Positions 16,387 through 26,418 are shown, numbered from the stretch's first letter. The stretch: 35,376 nucleotides of DNA from a virus (IMGVR_UViG_3300033562_001787:1-35376); one strand, 5' to 3'. The notes: a model not told the origin generated them from the letters alone. Numbers and translations: made by a program.

Positions 16387-17238
16387 TTAAATTTTATATA
16401 ATTCTTTAATATTTTCACCCCATAATATAGCACCAGCTAATACACCACTATGTCGTCCAAATAAATAATCGCATCTACCTAATAACTTAGTTTGGATTAT
16501 TACTTCTTCACCAAGTAATCTATTTTGATTTTCTCTTTTAAGGCTGATGTTGGGCCAAAAAAATATATTATTCATATGTTCCATTGTTTCATCTGTTCGT
16601 CTAAAAACGTCTGGAACAAAATAAGAATTAGGAAACTCTTTTACTAATCTATCAACATAAGCTCCATCTTCACTAACAATAAATAATTTGGTAATTTGAG
16701 AGTTTTTATTTAGTATTTTAGTTATTTCTCTTACGTAATCATCAATCTGAAAAATACCATAATTAGGGTGAAAATGATTATACTCACAACCCCTTGCCAT
16801 TACACCTAAAACTACTTCATTTTTTAATTCATTTTCATAAATAGTTTCAATTTTATCTAATATATGTTTTTTTGGAATCATATATTGTTTATCTATAGAT
16901 TGTTGTAGTAAAATATTTCCATATTTAAAATAATCTTTTGCATGATCTACAATAAAAGGAATTTCCCATTGTCCTTCTATTATATTATCATTATTTTCTG
17001 GTATATCTTGCTGAAACCAAAAATCAAATGGATTATAATTAACTAATGGTGTTGGAGTAGTTATAGGATTCCAACTATCAAGCCATAATGTATGTGACCA
17101 ATCAATATAAGGAATACCTATACCATTTCTTTCTATATGTAACATTATTTTTTCTAAAGAAATTCTATAATTTGAAAAAAAACCAGATCCATAAGCATTA
17201 GGATTCTGAAGTGGTGAAATTTTATAAAATGTTTTCAT
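16387..17238 (-). CDS. NodZ/GT23-like (O-fucosyltransferase-fold) glycosyltransferase
   Basis: GSGFFS, LGVMARGCE (GvHxRxxD-like), LFIVSED, LLGRCDYLFG..SGV. The start is more likely the ATG at 17238. Confidence 0.7.
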   Translation of the reverse strand: MKTFYKISPLQNPNAYGSGFFSNYRISLEKIMLHIERNGIGIPYIDWSHTLWLDSWNPITTPTPLVNYNPFDFWFQQDIPENNDNIIEGQWEIPFIVDHAKDYFKYGNILLQQSIDKQYMIPKKHILDKIETIYENELKNEVVLGVMARGCEYNHFHPNYGIFQIDDYVREITKILNKNSQITKLFIVSEDGAYVDRLVKEFPNSYFVPDVFRRTDETMEHMNNIFFWPNISLKRENQNRLLGEEVIIQTKLLGRCDYLFGRHSGVLAGAILWGENIKELYKI

Positions 17239-17242
17239 ATCT

Positions 17243-17851
17243 TTAATTATTATTTTCCCATGATTCCCAAACAAATGGATAATCAAATTTTAATTTAAAA
17301 CCATTATTTGTTAAATATTCTTTAATATAATTTCGTCTTTGAATACTATTATCTACAAATAAATGAAATTGTATTTGTAAATTTTTAAATTTAAAAATCA
17401 TACCAGTTTCAATCATTTTTTCTAATAATGAATATTCATCACCTTCTATATTGATTTGAATTAGATCAGCATGATCTAAACCCCATTTTTCAAATATAGT
17501 TTCAATAGTATTAAAATCAACCTCTATTGAGTTACCTATATTAGTATTTGATGAAGAACTATCACCATTAATATAAAGTATACCTTTTTTATTTTCGGTT
17601 GAAATACCTACGTTTAATAGATGAATTTTAGATTTTGTTTTAAATTTATCATTCATGAAATTATAAAATTCAGTTAATGGTTCAATAACATATATATTAG
17701 ATTTATATTTATTAAATATTTGTTCTACCCATATCCCTTTATATCCACCCAATTCAATTACTATTGAATCTTCATTTAAATCATAGTTTAAGTTATGGGT
17801 ATTATCACCATTATTATTAAACCATCTATATAACTCAGTGCGATTATTCAT
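17243..17851 (-). CDS. FkbM family methyltransferase
   Basis: VIELGGYKG, VIEP, LIQINIEGDEY, LQIQFH. Confidence 0.88.
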   Translation of the reverse strand: MNNRTELYRWFNNNGDNTHNLNYDLNEDSIVIELGGYKGIWVEQIFNKYKSNIYVIEPLTEFYNFMNDKFKTKSKIHLLNVGISTENKKGILYINGDSSSSNTNIGNSIEVDFNTIETIFEKWGLDHADLIQINIEGDEYSLLEKMIETGMIFKFKNLQIQFHLFVDNSIQRRNYIKEYLTNNGFKLKFDYPFVWESWENNN

Positions 17852-18260
17852 TTATAAATTTTTTATCAAATATTTGTCCTTCATAAGGGCCTGTTTTATA
17901 TTCATATACTATCGTATCATCCTCTAATATAAGGTAGTTATGACCACCACCTAAAGTAAAACTTGCATCACCAGCATATAATATTGGTTCTGCGAGAATA
18001 GTATCATCAATATCATAAAAAATACATTTTACAGAACCTCGAATTACTACCCAAGATTCTTGTGCTATTTGTTTTTCATAATATTTTTCTTTATATATGT
18101 GTTTATGAGGTCTAAAAGTTTTTCCTTTTTCCATCTTCAATGAAGAACATTGAATAAAATTATTAGGATTGATAATATCTCGTCTCTCACCAATTTCAGA
18201 TAATCTATTTACTACATGTAGTAATCTATCTGGTTCTACTTTTGAATAAAAATCTCCCAT
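17844..18260 (-). CDS. WbuC-like cupin-fold protein (sugar-modifying)
   Basis: PHKH, QESWVVIRG, GGH.Y, EYKTGPY. Confidence 0.75.
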   Translation of the reverse strand: MGDFYSKVEPDRLLHVVNRLSEIGERRDIINPNNFIQCSSLKMEKGKTFRPHKHIYKEKYYEKQIAQESWVVIRGSVKCIFYDIDDTILAEPILYAGDASFTLGGGHNYLILEDDTIVYEYKTGPYEGQIFDKKFINE

Positions 18261-18262
18261 AA

Positions 18263-19771
18263 TTATTTATTAAATCCTGTTTTTAAAAAACTATAATCTG
18301 CTTCAACGTTTAATACATCACTATAGCTATTTCTTTGCCAAGCTAAATGTGGTTGAAACACATAAGAATTTTTATATTTTTTTTGTATGCTAGTTAATAA
18401 AACATCACAAGCATCATAAGTACTATTAATTCCAGCAAAGATAGTAATTAAATCAATAAAAAGTTTACTATTAATAGCATAAGCATGTGTTGTATATGTA
18501 TTAGTTACTAACGAAACATTTTCAGTTATTTTATTTAAAGATTCATTGTTATGATTTCCGCCAAAATATAATAATCCCCAATCTTTAGGTACTTGATTAA
18601 TATATTCATTAAAGTTTGAATTAAGGTTTTCTATAAATTCAACATCATCCTCAAGTATTAATACATTTTTTAAACCTTGTAAATAAGATAAACCAACTGC
18701 TTTTAAATGTGATAATGTACAGCCAATAGCACCATCACTCAAACTACTAATAATATTATTTGGATTACCATCAACACCTGAAAATCTTTCAACTTTTATA
18801 TTTTGTTTTCTAAATTCATTTTCACACTCAATCCACCTATCTTCTCTTCTATCAAGATTAATACAATAAATTTTATCAAAATAATCATTTAAAGTTAGTT
18901 TATTATATTTAGAAATTAATGATGATTTAAAATATAAAAAATTCATTTTTTCTTTATAGGAATATGAATTAAAATCAGTACAATAACTAACCATTTTAGA
19001 AAAATGCTCTTTATCCCATTTTTGTTGATCATGTGATAAATGATATAATTCATTAATTGGTTTATTACAGCTTGAATTAATAGTTAAAGTATTTGCTTTA
19101 TCCCAAAAAAATTGATCTTCTGGAGCATAACCTATAAATAATTCAGGATCAAATCCACCTATTTCAAAAAATAATTTATATTCAATACAAATACTACCAC
19201 CTGGAGCACCAGAATCAGTTATTTTAATTCCTTCGTGTTCTTTAGTTAAATCATTAACATTTATTATTTTTTTTAATAAATCATTTGTAATATCTTTATC
19301 ACAAGCCAAAACTCTTCTATCAGTAAACGTCTGAATAAAACTAGCGTTATTATTTTTAATATTTTTAAATAAATTTTTAAAAAATAATTTTTGTGGAATG
19401 CAATCTAAATCATGAAATAATATATATTTAGATTTTTTTGAAAGAAATACTCCTATATTATGGCATAAACATTTATTAAATATTTCACCTTTTTTACTTG
19501 GGATATGTATATAATCAATTTTTTTATTAAAACAGCTTGTAATATAAAATGAATTTTCAGAATGCTCTACTATAATATAATTAACCTTTATATTAGGTAC
19601 TTCAGCAGCTTTAAATGAATCAATTAATAAATCTAAAAAATATGGTCTATCTCTAACTGGTATAATTACGTTAATATCGTATTCAGTATTACGATTATAT
19701 AATTTAATATATGAAGATTTTATAATTTTATTATAATCAATTAAATTATTATTAACTGCTTCTTGTATCAT
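18263..19771 (-). CDS. GT2/GT7C-like glycosyltransferase fused to a GT25 domain
   Basis: N-terminal part: VIIPVRDR, FNK....N.G, FHDLD, GGFD..F.GYAPED. C-terminal part: YCINLDRREDRW, GCTLSH, LILEDDV, TTHAY. Confidence 0.85.
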   Translation of the reverse strand: MIQEAVNNNLIDYNKIIKSSYIKLYNRNTEYDINVIIPVRDRPYFLDLLIDSFKAAEVPNIKVNYIIVEHSENSFYITSCFNKKIDYIHIPSKKGEIFNKCLCHNIGVFLSKKSKYILFHDLDCIPQKLFFKNLFKNIKNNNASFIQTFTDRRVLACDKDITNDLLKKIINVNDLTKEHEGIKITDSGAPGGSICIEYKLFFEIGGFDPELFIGYAPEDQFFWDKANTLTINSSCNKPINELYHLSHDQQKWDKEHFSKMVSYCTDFNSYSYKEKMNFLYFKSSLISKYNKLTLNDYFDKIYCINLDRREDRWIECENEFRKQNIKVERFSGVDGNPNNIISSLSDGAIGCTLSHLKAVGLSYLQGLKNVLILEDDVEFIENLNSNFNEYINQVPKDWGLLYFGGNHNNESLNKITENVSLVTNTYTTHAYAINSKLFIDLITIFAGINSTYDACDVLLTSIQKKYKNSYVFQPHLAWQRNSYSDVLNVEADYSFLKTGFNK

Positions 19772-20532
19772 AATTTAATCCAATTTTTTGGTACAATATT
19801 TTCATAATTAACATCATGTCCAAACCATTTTTTAGGCGCAATAACTTTTTCTGATTCACTCAACCAAGCACCCCACCAACTAAATGAGCTATTTGCAATT
19901 ATATGATATTTCATTTTAGACATTAAATACATTGAAATATAATCCAATTCATTTATAAACATGAATCTATCACCAATAAAGTTTTCATAACACCAAGGTA
20001 GATCATCAGAAAATATTAATACTTTTTTATCTTGAGGTAATAATGATAATGCTTCGTTATAATAATCCATTTGCTGTGGTATATGTATATTAGGATATAA
20101 TTTTACGTAATCATTCCTACGTACATGTAATGAAATATTATCAAAGAAAAATTTATAGTTATTAATTTTATCTAAAAAAGACTCTGCTGGTCTAAATAAT
20201 TCAAGTATTTCAGACCTTCTATGCTTAAAGTATTGCTCTGACTGAAAGTATCCAATATATTCTGTATTAGGTATATATGGTATATTTAATTCTTCAAAAG
20301 CAAAACCTATTTTATTAGCATTATAATTTTTTACTTCTGGAAGTCTATCTAATAAATATCTATAATCATTTGCATGATCTAAATTAATTCTACCATCATT
20401 AATTAAATTTCTAATTTTAGCATCATTATCTAATAAAAATAATATATCGTTATTATCTTTAGCTAAAGTCCATATGGAAGCAATATGAAACATCATATTA
20501 CCTAAACCACCTATAGGATGAATATATATCAT
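19768..20532 (-). CDS. GT11 (alpha-1,2-fucosyltransferase family) glycosyltransferase
   Basis: GGLGN.MF, GYFQSE.YF, SLHVRRNDY, FSDD..WC, IIANSSFSWWGAWL. Confidence 0.93.
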   Translation of the reverse strand: MIYIHPIGGLGNMMFHIASIWTLAKDNNDILFLLDNDAKIRNLINDGRINLDHANDYRYLLDRLPEVKNYNANKIGFAFEELNIPYIPNTEYIGYFQSEQYFKHRRSEILELFRPAESFLDKINNYKFFFDNISLHVRRNDYVKLYPNIHIPQQMDYYNEALSLLPQDKKVLIFSDDLPWCYENFIGDRFMFINELDYISMYLMSKMKYHIIANSSFSWWGAWLSESEKVIAPKKWFGHDVNYENIVPKNWIKL

Positions 20533-20534
20533 GG

Positions 20535-21221
20535 CTAAAAATTAAAGTCGTAGTTTTTATTATAATCAACAAATTTATTTTCGATATCGCTCATGCTTGG
20601 TCTTTGTAAAGCTAAACTAGGTAAAAAAGTATAAGCATTATATCCAGATTGTTGCATTATACGAAATATATCATCAATAGGTTTATTATAGTTTTTTCTA
20701 ATATAATCTAAAACAGCACCATAAGCTTTATTGTTAATAGAAATAGCATGAGTAGTTTGAGTCCAAGTAGTTTTACAAAGTTCATGGTTAAGTTGTCTAT
20801 AATTATATTTATGAACAACCATATTAGGATCACCAGTAATTAATTTAAACTTACCTTGATGAAAATGATTATTTCCACCAAGATATAATAAATCCCAATC
20901 TTCTGGTAATGATTTAATTTTATCAAAAAAATAAGAATAAAAATTATTAATAAACATTACATCATCTTCTAATATTAAAACATTTTTATAGTTTTTTAAT
21001 GCTACCTCTATCATTATTTCTTGATTAGTTAACACCAATCCATAATTACCAGCATTTAAATTCATTCCTTCTTTAAATAAAGGATTACCATTAATAGCCG
21101 AAAATCTTTCTACTTCAATATTTAGCTTTTTGAATTCTATTTCACATTCATTCCACTTATCTATTCTCGTATCAAGATTAATACAATATATTTTTTCAAA
21201 AAAATCATTTAATGAGTTCAT
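20535..21221 (-). CDS. GT25 glycosyltransferase
   Basis: YCINLD.R.DKW, ERFSAING, VLILEDDV, WDLLYLGG, TTHA. Confidence 0.88.
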   Translation of the reverse strand: MNSLNDFFEKIYCINLDTRIDKWNECEIEFKKLNIEVERFSAINGNPLFKEGMNLNAGNYGLVLTNQEIMIEVALKNYKNVLILEDDVMFINNFYSYFFDKIKSLPEDWDLLYLGGNNHFHQGKFKLITGDPNMVVHKYNYRQLNHELCKTTWTQTTHAISINNKAYGAVLDYIRKNYNKPIDDIFRIMQQSGYNAYTFLPSLALQRPSMSDIENKFVDYNKNYDFNF

Positions 21222-22843
21222 AGTTCAATTATATTAGTATAAATTTCTAACATATTTTCTGCAACTTTCTTACCACTATATCTTTCCATATCGCTAGGTA
21301 TTGTAGTTCCCATTTCTGAAGCTAAAATATTTCCATTTTTATCCACATAATAAATCCAAGCAGGTTTTCCACATAACCATCCTTCTATAGTAGTTCTACC
21401 TTTAAATATACCAGCAGTGATATCACATGCTTTCATATAATCCTCTACCTTATCAGTTTCACCAAAATACATTACGTTTGGTAGTTTTTTTAATTCTAAT
21501 AAACGATCTTCATTATCTTTCCCAACAATCCATAATATTTGATTACTATCTTGTGTTATTTTAGCTAAATCTTCAAGCATTTTAATTCTGAGGTAGTCAA
21601 CAGTACCAACAAATAATACTACCTTTTTCTCATTTTCTTTAGTAGTATAATTGGTATTAAATCTAGTTAAATCGAATGGATTATCTACAAGGATAATATC
21701 TTCATCTGCAATACCAAAAGTTTTAATATAATCAGTTACTGAATCACGAATAGATAAATATTTTTTAATTGCAGGGTGAATTAAAGGCTCTTCTAACATA
21801 GGAATTACTTCACTATGTATTTGCATTACGCAAGGGGTATTTGGATATAATTGTAAAACAATATTAGCTATTGGTTTATGGCTAACATGAATTATATCAA
21901 ATTCTGCTTCGTTAATAACAAATTCATATTTATTGTCTGCTGTGACTTTATAATTCGGTGCGTGTACCAGATCATAAACATTAAAACCAGCTTTTTTAGC
22001 TTTTTTTACCATCATTTCTGAAATACCACCAGCAATAAGCGTTACTTCACAACCTAATTTAACTAATTCTTTAGCTAATTCAAAATTAGCTAATTCAGAA
22101 CCAGTTAATTGACTGAAAGAATAACATGCAATTAATACTCTTAATTTATTTTCAGACACATGTTTAATTGGAAGAAATTCACTAAATTTTTCAGCAAATT
22201 TTACTCTATTTTCTTCCCATTCATTATTTGTTTGACCAACAGATTTATGAAGTATTTTAATGTCAGTAGTAACACCAATATCAAAACCTTCTAAATAATT
22301 ATTTAAACAAATAGGAACATCATAGAAATGAAATTTACCAAAATCTTCATCAAAAGATTTAGAAATTTGATCTGGATTAATAGCCATAAAAACACCATCA
22401 ATTGTAACTACTGGTTGAATATTATTGATCGGTTTAGAAAACATGGTAGTCCAATCGTTTACAGTATCTGTGTGTTCAACAACACCATATGCTTTTCCAA
22501 AATCTGACCACCAAGTACCATTTTCTGATAAAAATGTAGTACCAGCTACACCAATAATACCATAGTTAGAATTATTAAATTTACTTAATAAAATCTTACC
22601 CCAATTTTTAGTTTTAAATATAATATCATTATGGCAAAACACAAAAATTATGTTTTCATTATAAAATATATCTTTAAAATTTAAAAATGAATTATAAACT
22701 TCTGCTAACGAACGTTCATTATAATTTTTTACACAATGAATTTCATATTTACAACCTATAGTAGATGAAACATGATTTATAAAAATATTATTCTCATTAT
22801 CGCTTAAATGAGAAGAAAATACTACAACTATTTTATTTTTCAT
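21218..22843 (-). CDS. GT2-like (Glyco_tranf_2_5) glycosyltransferase fused to a GT4-like GT-B domain
   Basis: N-terminal part: SLAEVYN, VFCHNDI, GIIGVAG, IDGVFMA, FDE.F..FHFYD. C-terminal part: GSE....ELA..L...G.EV, LFVG, GRTTIEGWLCGKP. Confidence 0.85.
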   Translation of the reverse strand: MKNKIVVVFSSHLSDNENNIFINHVSSTIGCKYEIHCVKNYNERSLAEVYNSFLNFKDIFYNENIIFVFCHNDIIFKTKNWGKILLSKFNNSNYGIIGVAGTTFLSENGTWWSDFGKAYGVVEHTDTVNDWTTMFSKPINNIQPVVTIDGVFMAINPDQISKSFDEDFGKFHFYDVPICLNNYLEGFDIGVTTDIKILHKSVGQTNNEWEENRVKFAEKFSEFLPIKHVSENKLRVLIACYSFSQLTGSELANFELAKELVKLGCEVTLIAGGISEMMVKKAKKAGFNVYDLVHAPNYKVTADNKYEFVINEAEFDIIHVSHKPIANIVLQLYPNTPCVMQIHSEVIPMLEEPLIHPAIKKYLSIRDSVTDYIKTFGIADEDIILVDNPFDLTRFNTNYTTKENEKKVVLFVGTVDYLRIKMLEDLAKITQDSNQILWIVGKDNEDRLLELKKLPNVMYFGETDKVEDYMKACDITAGIFKGRTTIEGWLCGKPAWIYYVDKNGNILASEMGTTIPSDMERYSGKKVAENMLEIYTNIIEL

Positions 22844-22844
22844 A

Positions 22845-22903
22845 AAAAAATTCTTAATATTATTTAATCTACAATATTAAGAATTTTTTAAATATAAAAC
22901 AAA
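22845..22903 (-). promoter_or_regulatory. Perfect 17-bp inverted repeat overlapping a Bacteroidota-like promoter, abutting the first glycan gene
   Basis: Arms at 22845-22861 and 22873-22889. Minus strand reads TTTG(22903-22900)-N20-TAATATTG(22879-22872), one mismatch from TTTG-N19-21-TAnnTTTG. Confidence 0.6.
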
Positions 22904-22910
22904 TTAAATA

Positions 22911-23225
22911 TTACTTTTTCATGTAATTATCTAAAAAATTTTCATAAAAAGATTTAACTGCACTAAGAGGAAAAGGAATTCTTATTAATGCACCATCAGG
23001 AATATCCCATTCAGTTAAATAATCTGGATTAGCAAAACCAATAAAAAAATCATAAAAAGGATTTCCATAATATGTATTTGATAATTTATCATACCTATCA
23101 CGTTCCTTTTTCCAATAAATAGTTTTATCGCTATTACTGGTAGGTATCTTAACAAATGGCATCATTTCATTTGTACCATCTGGTAATTTTAATCGAATAT
23201 ATCTGTTATAATCTTGTGCTGGCAT
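22911..23225 (-). CDS. LysM-like baseplate wedge protein (T4 gp53/P2 X-like)
   Basis: DRYDKLS..YYG.P.....I..ANP......IP.G..IRIP. Directly downstream of the tube-like baseplate gene. Confidence 0.8.
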   Translation of the reverse strand: MPAQDYNRYIRLKLPDGTNEMMPFVKIPTSNSDKTIYWKKERDRYDKLSNTYYGNPFYDFFIGFANPDYLTEWDIPDGALIRIPFPLSAVKSFYENFLDNYMKK

Positions 23226-23227
23226 AA

Positions 23228-26176
23228 TTATTTAGTTTTTTGTTGTGGTGTTATACTGTCAATATAAGCCTTGTAATTATCTAATATTTTTTTATTTTCT
23301 TCAGCAGTTTTATTTAACCTATCTTGACTAAATTGATTATCTTCAACGCTTTTAGGAATTTTATATATTCCTTTATCAGTATATGTACTATTTGCATAGT
23401 AGTTAAAACTAATAGCATTTTGTAATAAATCAATAGGGCCTTTAAGTGATTGTCCACCAATAATTTTAATATTCATAGTAACATCACACATTAATGGTTG
23501 TAATCCAAAACCTTCTGGATTTAAATCCCACATAGCATCCTTATAACTAAAGTTAATTGAATTAATAATAATTTTAGTATACATGAAATCACCAATTCTT
23601 AAAATACAAATAGGTTGTCTACCAAATACTGAATTACGAATATTATTTCCACCTTGTTCAGTTCTTTGAGCAGCACCTTGTCTAGTACATTGCTGTAAGA
23701 AGGTTAATCTTCTATGATAATCTTCAGGTGTTTGTGAATGAAATACAGGCATAAAATAATTATCTTTTATTGATTCGTAGTTAGAATCTATACCTTCTAT
23801 ATTATTACTAATAACATTACTTCTATCTTTTAAAAATGTTTTTTCATATAAACTTGGTTGATTAATACTTTTAGTTGATAAATCTGGTGCTAATATTGAA
23901 ATAGGGATAAAAGTATTATTCTTTTTATATTTTTTTATTATAATATCTACACATCTCCAAGAAACTGATAAATCACTGTTAATTATTTTATTAAGTTCTT
24001 CATCAGTTATGTTACTTGTAGGATATCCAGTTTCTTTAGGTGCATTATCAGATCCAAAACCTTTTTGAATACCAAAAGTAAAATTTGTTAAACCTAAAGC
24101 TTTAAAACGTTCTTCAATTAAATATTTAACTGCTCTCACTCTTCTATCACTTAATTTTTGATTATATTCTTTTTCTGAAGGAGTATTATAATACAATGCA
24201 GTTGTATGTCCAATTAAATCAATAATAATATCACTATTTGGATCATATAATAATTTATTTAATGGATCATTTAAATCTTTTTCACCATATACTAATGGTG
24301 TATCAGAATAATAATATAAACTTTTTAATGCTGATTTATTTACTGTACCATTATTATCAGTAATTCCATAACCACTTGCAGAAATATCATATATAATATT
24401 ATTAATTTTTTCTTCTTTTGGTTCATCATTTTGAAAAAATATATATAAGGTTTCATTAGATAATGGATATATTTGAGGACTATCTGATTCTGTATTATTA
24501 AATATTTCTTTTTTTGATTTTTCATTTACTTTTCCACCAAAACTGAAAAATTCAGCGATTTCTTTACTTGATTTACCAGCAAAATCATGTAAATTTTGTG
24601 GATAATCAGCTAATAATTTAAATGTTATTGTTGCACTTCTTTCACTATTTTCATAATTATATATTGGTTCATTTCTACCAAGAAAAACTGTTGGAGTAAA
24701 CTTAGCATCAGCAGTTTCAACTATACCTAAATCATAAGGTGGAAACCACATAACTCTACCACCAAAAGCACCTACTTCACTTATTGGTATAATTTCATTA
24801 GAACTACCAGAATTTATAATAATACCTTTTTTACCTTCTTCAGCAATCACCTGAAATGCTAAGTTTTCAATTGAAAACATTAATTTTTTATTATTATCAG
24901 CATCTGTTGAATTTGGAACTGGATGCATTCTTGGTAATACCGATTCATAAATTACAGAATCTTTATTATCATTATAGTTTTTATTACCAACAAATCGAAT
25001 AGCTTTAGAAAAATTATCATAAGGGTCTTTAAATGTATGTTGTCTTAAACCTACTTTTTTAGCAAATTCTGGTAAGGCAGTACTAGGTGCTTCAAAAATA
25101 CCTGATCCATTAAAACCTAATGTATTATCATCATGTCTATATACTTTATAATTATTAGCAACATATTTTCCTTTTGATGCTATCATTAAATTTCTAGTAT
25201 ACTCAACTAAGCCACCTTGATTATTAAAATATGAATAACTATTATTTGGTGATAAATAATCCCAATGAAGATTAATATTTTCACTATTATATAACCAAGT
25301 ATTCATATTAGTATCTAATACAGTAGAAAGTTTATATGGATTACTATCAAATAACGCTTCTGAGACATTATAAACTTTAATATTTTTACTAGTTTTACCT
25401 ATAAAATAATCTTTATAATCTACTGAGCCATATTCAAATATAGTACCAGCAAACAAATTATATGATTCAGCCATATTTTTATTACTAATTTCATTATTAG
25501 TAAAAAATTTATTATAAGTTGAATCAAAAAATCTATAATTTTTATTATTACGTTGATCTATACTAAAAAAATTCAACGATGTTTTTTTATAATCGCTTAA
25601 ATATAAATTTCTTTTAAGATTACTATCTCTAATTGCAATTATAGCCTTACCAGTATTTTTAATTAATTCATCATTACTTACATCTTTTTGAAATGGTGAT
25701 TTATTAGGATATATTCCTTCAGCAATATTTAATACCTTTTCTACACCACCTATAATTCCTTTATTTGAACCATAAATATTTTTAGTTAAACTATAATCTT
25801 TTTTCCATGTAAATAAATTAGTACTTGAATCTTTATCAAATAAATTACCAATACTTATAGTTGGTATATATTCTTTATTTAATCTTGAAGCAGTATTATA
25901 TGCTAATTGAGTACCTAAACACTGTAATCCAATCTCGGTAATTGGTGATTTATCAACAATTAATCTACCTATAGCACTATTTCTTAAATCTTGTGATCTA
26001 AATGGTGATAAAGTACTTCCTATAGCACTAATAGTATTAACAATCTTAGTTGTTGTTGTTGGGTCTAAAGGATATTCATTTTCTGGAGCATATAAATTCC
26101 TTGACTCTAAATCACTTCTAATATTTACACTATTAGTTAATAACCTTGATTTTTTTTCTGTTGCAGGTAAAGCCAT
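23228..26176 (-). CDS. Baseplate/tail tube-initiator-like protein with an inserted OmpA-like domain
   Basis: Tube-like motifs FLGRNEPIYNY.NSERS.TITFKL and PICILRIGDF...IIINSI...Y...WDLNPEG flank IFFQND...IIIDLIGHT...YNQKLSDRR..AV...GFGS...WRCVDI. Lies downstream of the tape measure gene. Confidence 0.65.
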   Translation of the reverse strand: MALPATEKKSRLLTNSVNIRSDLESRNLYAPENEYPLDPTTTTKIVNTISAIGSTLSPFRSQDLRNSAIGRLIVDKSPITEIGLQCLGTQLAYNTASRLNKEYIPTISIGNLFDKDSSTNLFTWKKDYSLTKNIYGSNKGIIGGVEKVLNIAEGIYPNKSPFQKDVSNDELIKNTGKAIIAIRDSNLKRNLYLSDYKKTSLNFFSIDQRNNKNYRFFDSTYNKFFTNNEISNKNMAESYNLFAGTIFEYGSVDYKDYFIGKTSKNIKVYNVSEALFDSNPYKLSTVLDTNMNTWLYNSENINLHWDYLSPNNSYSYFNNQGGLVEYTRNLMIASKGKYVANNYKVYRHDDNTLGFNGSGIFEAPSTALPEFAKKVGLRQHTFKDPYDNFSKAIRFVGNKNYNDNKDSVIYESVLPRMHPVPNSTDADNNKKLMFSIENLAFQVIAEEGKKGIIINSGSSNEIIPISEVGAFGGRVMWFPPYDLGIVETADAKFTPTVFLGRNEPIYNYENSERSATITFKLLADYPQNLHDFAGKSSKEIAEFFSFGGKVNEKSKKEIFNNTESDSPQIYPLSNETLYIFFQNDEPKEEKINNIIYDISASGYGITDNNGTVNKSALKSLYYYSDTPLVYGEKDLNDPLNKLLYDPNSDIIIDLIGHTTALYYNTPSEKEYNQKLSDRRVRAVKYLIEERFKALGLTNFTFGIQKGFGSDNAPKETGYPTSNITDEELNKIINSDLSVSWRCVDIIIKKYKKNNTFIPISILAPDLSTKSINQPSLYEKTFLKDRSNVISNNIEGIDSNYESIKDNYFMPVFHSQTPEDYHRRLTFLQQCTRQGAAQRTEQGGNNIRNSVFGRQPICILRIGDFMYTKIIINSINFSYKDAMWDLNPEGFGLQPLMCDVTMNIKIIGGQSLKGPIDLLQNAISFNYYANSTYTDKGIYKIPKSVEDNQFSQDRLNKTAEENKKILDNYKAYIDSITPQQKTK

Positions 26177-26190
26177 TTATTATTTTATTA

Positions 26191-26199
26191 ATAAATACT
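26191..26199 (-). promoter_or_regulatory. AGTATTTAT motif (putative late promoter)
   Basis: 14 nt upstream of the ATG at 26176. Confidence 0.65.
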
Positions 26200-26252
26200 T
26201 AAATTAATAAAACAGTAAAAATATAATAATTTTATGTTAAACTGCGCTTCCA

Positions 26253-26275
26253 TTAGGTAGCACTTCGTGACCTAA
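26253..26275 (-). other. Hairpin with a C-GAA-G loop
   Basis: Minus strand TTAGGT-CAC-GAA-GTG-(CT)-ACCTAA. Confidence 0.7.
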
Positions 26276-26418
26276 ACCTTAATTGAAATATACATGATCT
26301 TAAAATAAGAAATAAAAACAATTGAATTTACTTAACAAGTTATAAATATTAACTAATACTAATTGGTGACCATAACTCAATTTAAACACTTAAAATACAA
26401 ACAATTATACTAATATAA

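Noticed and set aside
4720-22843. Genome-wide stop codon reassignment (TGA=Trp, or TAG=Gln as in some large phages)
   Set aside because: Genes are intact in the standard code. TGA ends genes at ATGA overlaps (19768, 21218), TAG ends 20535 and 29461, and TGG encodes Trp. Only one internal TGA was seen.
12304-22843. Bacterial O-antigen or capsule locus
   Set aside because: No wzx/wzy/wzm/wzt or priming transferase, similar AT-richness to the flanks, and phage genes on both sides.
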